Source: Mytilus edulis
Lineage: Eukaryota
Length of the DNA stretch: 64,000 nucleotides
Direction of reading: 5' to 3'
Assembly: GCF_963676685.1 (NCBI RefSeq)
Contig: NC_092346.1
Span: 68,324,001 to 68,388,000 of the forward strand
The notes under the pieces are model-generated. The model did no database searches, had not been told where the DNA came from, and saw only the letters and a program-made list of their open reading frames with translations. How positions within the stretch are numbered: position 1 is the stretch's first letter; every line of letters starts with the position of its first letter. Shown piece by piece: positions 34,861 to 64,000 of this stretch. Made by a program: the position numbers and the translations under genes.

Positions 34861-35729
34861 TACTGTAATTTTAAGATGCAGACTCAGTAAGTAATAAAAG
34901 CAATCATAATGGTAATGTATCATAATTAGTATTTATGTTTTATGTAGTATTCCTCCTTTGTTTCTGTTAGCTGTCATGGTCTCGTGTTCTAGTCATACAT
35001 GTGCTTAGGTCATGGCACAGTTTCATAAGAGTATGTTTTTTGATATAATTGATCAGTCACTTTGGCCTTTCACATAAGTAGATATATATGTTCATCTTTA
35101 ACTATCCTTTTTTTTCTGAATAGGATTTTTTTTATTCTATTCTTTTCTGGCTCAAGAATGTCATTTTGATATTTTTTACGGAATATATAATTAACCATTT
35201 GCTATACTCCACAGGATCCGAATTGGATGATTTACACTTTTTACTTATTGTTTATTATTGATTTTTTACTTATTTTTATAATGCACTTGAATGATAACTT
35301 TAAACTCACTAATGATAAATGCTCAGTATATAAGATAACTAGTTAAACCAGTGGAACATATTTCACAGACAAGTAACTTATTTCACCAGGTAAGGAACAA
35401 ATTTCACAAACCCAGAACTTATTTCACCAGGTAAAGTGTGGAACTTATTTTATAGAGATGGAATAAATTATATAGAAATCATCTGTGAAAAAGTTCTCCC
35501 AGAACATATTCCTGTGATATTTGTTCCACTGGAACTTTTTTCACAGGAACAAATCAAGTTTGGCTCACACAGACAGCAGCCGAAGGCCACCAACCATATG
35601 AGGCAAATGAAATCACTGCATTTTCAAAATTAGAAAAAAGATCCTTAAATCAGAGTTTTTGAAACATTATTGTATTATTGTTCCAAAATTTAAAAAAAAA
35701 TGAATATACGGTAATAGATGCAGAAAACG

Positions 35730-36250
35730 ATTTAAAACAGGGTTACCTGCAACGAGAAATCGAACGCAAAATTCCGGATTTACAATACATTTCAATTCCG
35801 TACTTGACTTTTATTGTTTGCAGTGCGCTTGTCCCAACTCGCTCAATCAGAGGGAACTTGTCTGTGGTTCACAGTAAGTTTTATTCAATATAAATTGAAA
35901 ATGATGAACATTGAAATAGTAAGGAAAAGCTCACAACCCAACTAGTAAACGAAACAGATTTTCTAAGTTGTCAGGACAAAAGACCGACAACAGCGACATT
36001 GTCAGTGGGACACATTTATATTTTTCAAAAATCAAAACCGTCGGAATCATTTTTAAATATTAAATTGTTTACGTTCCGTATTTTATTATCAAATTGATGT
36101 CGATTATACAAAGTTAACAATACATAAAACAATGTTAGCTATGTTGAACAATGTTTTTTTTCTACTTCCGTTTCAGAGATAGTTGATTGATGCCATGACA
36201 ACATGATAATGTCAATATTTTCGTTTTCTTTGATTTCTGCCAGTAAGCAA
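35730..36250 (+). promoter_or_regulatory. Candidate TTLL5 promoter and non-coding 5' exons with RFX X-box-like motifs
   Basis: GTTACCTGCAAC (35742), GATGCCATGACAAC (36189); donor CA/GTAAGT at 35874, exon-like 36177-36242 (tttcag...CA/GTAAGC); locally CpG-richer unique sequence. Confidence 0.4.
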
Positions 36251-36500
36251 AATATAGTAAAATAAACACATTTCATTGTTTCAAGGATAGAATTGAGATG
36301 TAATTGCCTGAGTTTTGAAAATGTAATGCATTGAAAATAATGAATAATTAATTATTTCTGATATCAATCTTTTGTTTATTTTTTTCGAAAATTGTTTGTT
36401 TATTACAATAAAAGTCTAAAAGGTTGTTTAGTGATCTAAATGAATAAATGGGAGTTAAAGGAAACAAACAATTTGTAGTGAAAACAACTTTGACTTGAGC

Positions 36501-37392
36501 TGTAGGATTAAATAGTGTCCCCCATAAAATTATGTCCCATGAACAAAATTTCACAGACATGATCTATGAAATTTGGTCCAGGACATAATTTTATTATAAA
36601 ATATTGTCCACCTCTATGTAAAAGTGTCCCTTGGCAAGAGATTCTATTGTGACCTTCATTGGACATTTTTTCATAGTAAAATCATGTCCATATTGCATAA
36701 AAGTCTTGTCTTATACCAAAAAATTTATTTAACAAAAAATAATAAGACTAAATTGACATTTGTATTTAAATAAGCAATAGGAATCTATGAATTGTTTTAA
36801 CATCTTTGAATTATCCTTTTTAACAAAATCAAAAATGTCAGGAATAATATTCATAAATGCTTGATTGCAATTATGATTGAATATCAAGTTTTAATGTTTG
36901 CTCTTGTGTTGTTGTTTTTTGTCAACATTGATATAATACATTTCATTGTTTTTAATGTGAAACTGCTTTGCCTTCCTTTTAAATGATCTATCATTATTTT
37001 CAAATACTGGAGGGTATTGACCATCACACATAATTATACAGCTGTTTATATTCATCACTTTCCATTTTTGTTCACATCTGTGTTGTCTTTATTTAAATTT
37101 CAACTATTATTTTAAAACTAATTGATTAAAACATTTCAATGATTTCTAAATTATTTCCCTTCAATAGGGACAGAAAAAAATAGCTACACTATGAAATATT
37201 GTCCTTTGTGACATATTTTTATATAACATCCATGAAATTATGTGCAAGTACTAGGGACAATTTTTCACTAAGGGAGACACTATTTTATGGTTTACAAATG
37301 TGATATTTTGTCCCTTGAACAAAATTTCACGGCTGAACTGTGAAATAATGTTCTAGAGGACACAATTTCATGGGACACTTTTTTGGCTTACA
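36501..37392. mobile_element. Ginger-like MITE (TGT...ACA, 4-bp TSD gagc)
   Basis: gagc|TGTAGG...TTACA|gagc; subterminal GGACA/TGTCC motif arrays. Confidence 0.68.
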
Positions 37393-37909
37393 GAGCAACT
37401 TTGAATCTTCTACTTTTTTTGTGGTCCCACCCACTGCAGAGTTACATGTACATTTCACACATCCTAGCTCCAACCTGGGCTTACCCATACATACATTGTA
37501 ATTGTAACACTGGCTAGTTTTAACCAAAAAACCTAACTTAATTTAAACCAAACCCTTATTTAAACTGAACTCTTAACCTAGAGCTATTCTATTTTGAAGG
37601 TTGGAAGTTCTTTTCAGGTACAAACTGACTGCCACCTATAAGCAAAATAGTGCTTAATGTGTTATTCTACACCAATCAATCAACCCTAGAGGTCAATTAA
37701 CTGAAGTTAGAATAATCAAAAATGTTCATAGACTTTCAAATCTTTAATTTCAAATACCCTATTGCTATACAAAAAAAAAATGAAATCAATGGAATGAAAA
37801 TAAAACGTACATACAAGATGAAATAATGAGTCAATCTATACTAGTGAAAGACTTTTGCCATCTCAATTTCACTCAAGGTTTTTGTCATTCGGTTGCTCTC
37901 TCAATGATA

Positions 37910-38850
37910 TATAACCCATATTTACATGTATATGTTCCGGACCATATGAATATTTGGACCGAAAGCATATGGTCATGACCATATGGGTATATACTCATAT
38001 GGTCCGACCGTACGCGTATGGTCGGGGTAATTAACACTCTGTTACAGTTTACTTTTAATACTTCTAAACTCTTCATATGGTATGACCATTCATCAAAAAG
38101 ACGTCATCATATAGGTAATTTTATTATTATATTTATTATAATAAAAAGATAAGCTAAATAAAAATTAGAAATTTCACCTAGTTAATTTTACTTACTTGTC
38201 AATACTATAATAAACACATTTTATACTTATGGTCATTAGCGACGGTTATTACGAGTTAATGGCAATATTTCGACTTAAAAATAATAAATGTCAAAAATTT
38301 CTTAATGAACTGAACAACATTACACAATTAAGAAGTTACTGGAAAGTAACATAGTTTATTTAAGTGGTTTGTGAATATGATGTATTGCAGTCATGTTACG
38401 ATATTTGAGATCTAGAGCTTTTAAAAAAACACCGTAGACATCGGAATGGCCCAAGACCTCTGTGTCACTGTACGCAGAGCTACTAAAAGGCTAGCTTTTC
38501 ACTCACAAACAAAAGGTGTAAATGAAAAGGATCGTGCACAACCAAGACTTGCAAATGCAAAAAAACTATGATACCGTATGGAAGTAAATGTCACCCAAGC
38601 CTACATGTAAGAATGTAATTAACGATGAAAACTAACTATGACATCAATATTTAATTTTTACGTAGTATTTGTATTATAAAAATAACAAATTGTCATGTTA
38701 CCATCTTTTTTTTAGATAAAGTTTTTGTATTATTGAAACTTTTATAATGTAATTTAAAAAAAATATACCTATATGGTCCAAATACTCATATGGTCTGGCC
38801 TGTTAATAACCAAACGAGTATTATACTCAAATGGTCCAACCAGTCCTGTT
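37910..38850. mobile_element. Degraded repeat element with catatggtcc/ggaccatatg palindromic terminal arrays
   Basis: Motif clusters at 37910-38090 and 38770-38845. Confidence 0.45.
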
Positions 38851-38907
38851 CTCTTTTATAAATTTGTGACCTTATTCTTATTCAAATTTGGCACATTTTT
38901 ATCATTA

Positions 38908-40383
38908 GGCCACACCAATTTGATTCCTTGTTCGACGGACCCGCCCGCACCTATTTTTTTCAAAACAGATTTTTTTTATATTCCCGCTTCCCGCATCCGG
39001 AAATGTAATCATATCCATTTCCCGCACCGTTTTTTTTGTGTAAACATTATAAAAAGATACATTTGTTTTTAAAATCACAGTCTAACCTGTATATAACGAT
39101 TTTAAACATAAAAGCATCCCAGCACACTTCGTAAATATCTGTGAGAATATTTGTTTCAGCATGAAACCTACTTATCCAAAGCGGGAGTGCTCCGATCAAG
39201 GATTTGTATCTCCGATATAAATCTATATCAGCGGAAATACCGGAGTAAAGAACAAAAAATTGGTTACTTTCCCCTTACTTATATTCCCTATCAAAACATG
39301 TTTGTTGTTAGAATAAAGTACAAAGAACTTCTGAAGGTTTGCCTTCAACTGCAATTATATTGTATGCTGGCGAAACAAAACTATCCATAGCCTCTGCATG
39401 TTTATGCACCTGTCCTGATTGATTGAGGGGCCTGTCGTTCAGCAGTTATCGTTTGGTAATGTTGTTCATTGGTATTTTCCCGTTCGGATATACATGATAT
39501 ATAAATTAGACCGTTGGTTTTCCTGTTCGAATTGTGTACGCTAATTATTTTGGTTCCTTTCTAGCCTGCTGTTTGGTCTGTATCAAAGCCCTGTGTAAAA
39601 GGCCGTACTTTGACCTGTGTTTGTTATTTATATCAGGTTGAGAACAACCCTCCCTCAGACAACATGGACAAAGGGTCATTTTACTGATGTAGAAAAGAAA
39701 ATAGAAATACCAAGGATTTGTATAGTTAGCCTATACAAAACCTTTGAAAACTTAGAATTTTGTACTCAAAAAGAGGAGAGTTACATCATATTTTAAACAA
39801 CTTTTTCTAAAAGAGGGGTCCACTTATTTTGAATAATATTAAACTGTTAAAGTAAATGTGTTAACATGGTTAAAGTCCAGGAATATTACAAAATTCTTGG
39901 ACATGTTTTGACCATTTAGTACCAGATAGATATATAGTTCTTTGAGAAAATATGAGCCCTTTTGTATAAACAAATATATTATAACTTATATTGATCCCTC
40001 ATAAAATATGTAAAAGGGATATTTATAACATTAAAGGGTTGTTCCCAAACTGATTATGACTTGGATGGAGAATTGTTTCATTTTCAGTCACACATACATG
40101 TCATACATAGACCAGATTTAATTATTTCTTGGTGAACAGGGAAAAAATACTTCAGAAATTAAAGAAATGTCAAAGTACAAGTGATAAATCAAGCTTTAAT
40201 ATTGTCAAAACCTACTATTTTATGTTTACAAAAAAAAATTATAATCGCTCGCCTCTTCTTTTCAAGCTTCGCCTCAAAAATTTGCAAATTAAATATTTTT
40301 TTATTTAAATTTTCAAATCGCTCGCTCGCCCCAAATTTTGAAGTCCAAAAATCCGTAGAACAAGAAATTAAATTGGTGTGGCC
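38908..40383. mobile_element. PIF/Harbinger-like non-autonomous element, TTA TSD
   Basis: tta|GGCCACACCAATTT...AAATTGGTGTGGCC|tta. Confidence 0.78.
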
Positions 40384-40727
40384 TTAATTGTTTATAATAT
40401 AGGCATTGGGAAATAGTTTTTTGTTAAGACACAATTAGTACATTTATGAGAGCTAAGATGGCTACATTGGTTTAGCCATATTACATACATGTAATACACT
40501 AGTTTTTCAAAGAAAATAATAATTTTTTTTTTACATTGTATTATTAAGCTGTTCCAGAGATAGAACATTAATCAATTATACATATTGACAACCATAATAG
40601 ATGCATTATTTTCTTACTATTGGATATTTATTGACAACACTTAGAGAAAGCATACATCAGGATAAATAGACTGAATCTGGTACATTTTATGAATGTATTT
40701 ACATTTTGTAAAAGACTTGATAAAAAA

Positions 40728-41552
40728 AAATTGTAAGGGTTCCGCGGAACCCAGAGTTTCGCCTACTTTTGCTGTAAATAGCACTCTCAACAAAAATGAG
40801 GAAAAAAATCAATGAACATATTCCTCTTGATACTATCTTTTGATTGTAAGAAGCTTCTGTCCAAGTTTAGTAAAAATCCAGGATAGTTTATGAATCTAAT
40901 AAATGTTTTAAAAACTTTAACTGCAGACTGTATGTCAGTTAACTGGAAGAAAAAAAAGTCCATTTATAAGTAAAATACAGACACACAGGTACAAAATATT
41001 AACAAAATTTCCCTTTAGATACTAGCTTTTGATCATAAACAAGCTTCTGTCCAAGTTTGGTACAAATTTAAAATAGTATAAGAAAGTTATTAAAATTTAA
41101 AAAAAAATTAACCACAGAGTGAATGTGTTGTTTCCTGGCAGAAAATTATTAAATCTAAGTCCAATTAAAAGTGAAATTAAATACAGAAAAAATGGATTAA
41201 TTTTTTTTACCAAATTTACTTCTTGTTATTATCTTATGATCATAAACAAGCTTCTGTCCAAGTTTGGTACAAAACCAGGATAGTTTAAGAAAGTTATTAA
41301 AATTTAAAATACTTTTGCCACAGAGTGAATGTAATGTTTCCCCGCAGAAAAACTAAGTCCTTTTATAAGTATAAATACAGAAAAAATGGAATTTTATTTT
41401 TACAAAATTTCCTTCTGGATACTATCTTATAAGTTTGTTAGAAATCCAGCATAGTTTAAGAAAGTTATTAAAATTTCAAAAACTTTAACCACAGAGTGAA
41501 TATTTGTGGACGCCGCCAACGGAATGTAGGATGGCATAGTCTTGCTTTTTCC
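40728..41552 (+). mobile_element. HINE/pearl-like element with tandem cores (aagcttctgtccaagttt x3-4)
   Basis: 5' palindrome gggttccgcggaaccc; cores at ~40850, ~41040, ~41248. Confidence 0.65.
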
Positions 41553-42430
41553 AATGTAACGGGAGTGGAAGTTTCCACTGGCTTCGTTTTCCCGTTGTCT
41601 ACCCAAGTTCTGGGATATTGGACAAACTACGTAAAACATGTAAACATAAAGATGTTTATTTTAAAGACATATAAATGGTTGAACGTAAGTTTACATAAAT
41701 AAATATACGGTGGTGGCTAGTCTACTTGTATAAATAAAGGTTCCATAATTTACAAGCCAAAGTATGAGCGTCTGCTCATTTCAAATCCTTAGTGTAGACT
41801 GCCCAGAACCCTAGAGCTTACGTATTTCTATCCCCAAAATGACGTCATAGGCCCGGCCGGGCTACTGGGACACTGGAAGTGGCCCGGCGGGGGAAAACAA
41901 AATGGCCGGAACTACCAGTTGTTAATAAAACAGAGATAGAATTATAGAAAAGAAAGCTAACCAAACCCCTGAAATATTTAAGGACTAACAGTAAAGTGAC
42001 TACCGACAAAAAACACTTCATTAATCTGTCCTGGCTAGCTCTTCTAAAAAACCTTAAGATCTAATATCATTGTAGGTAGAAAACAATTTTAGATAACTTG
42101 CTGGTACATTCAGTTTTACTTGTAAGTTTTCCTGTAACACAGACTTACACAAAGTACTGTATCCAGTTTTATACAAAATATATGGACAGTTGATGAAGAA
42201 ATGTGGGATAAATTTGTTATAATCATTGAAAAGTTAGTGCAGTAAATATTATTTATTTATCATGATTATCCAGCAGTATTTTTTACTTATGGTATTTCAT
42301 TGCAGACAAAACTAAGCGAGAATGTAAGGTATGAGAAATAAGAACTTAATGGGATCATACTGGACTGCCATAGCAAGAAGAAAGATGAACTTGTAATGGA
42401 AGATTCCTAATTCAAACAAAAGATTATAAA

Positions 42431-64000
<21,570 letters not shown>

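Larger units (their letters stand above)
31945..35569. mobile_element. Ginger-like non-autonomous DNA element (TGT...ACA, 4-bp TSD caga) hosting the Naiad
   Basis: caga|TGTAAC...TCACA|caga; many subterminal GGAAC/GTTCC motifs at both ends. Confidence 0.7.

Overview
AT-rich, intron- and repeat-dense animal genomic DNA, most likely a bivalve mollusc (Mytilus-like, inferred from the repeat families). Two divergently transcribed multi-exon genes were reconstructed by hand with consistent GT-AG sites and codon phases. (1) KNL1/Spc105 kinetochore scaffold, - strand: 19 coding exons from 27848 down to 3936, with the 3' end apparently outside the window. It shows SILK and RVSF PP1 motifs, two KI-like motifs, about 19 MELT-like motifs (six in a young 90-bp array), a coiled coil and the start of the RWD domain. 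(2) TTLL5 tubulin polyglutamylase, + strand: from 42431 to beyond 64000, with a cluster of frame-preserving candidate microexons after the catalytic core. The most notable element lies between the genes: a decayed Naiad-type Penelope-like retroelement. Its RT frame has an in-frame TGA (32815) at a position expected to be Cys, and its 3' UTR has a SECIS-like hairpin (34271-34356), so it looks like a selenoprotein-encoding retrotransposon. A second copy with the same SECIS 5' arm is at 1-383. The rest is layered non-autonomous elements: four CA...TG elements with 5-bp TSDs (hAT5-like), two TGT...ACA elements with 4-bp TSDs (Ginger-like), Harbinger/Tc1/EnSpm-like MITEs, HINE/pearl-like elements, Deu/Nin-domain SINEs and minisatellites.
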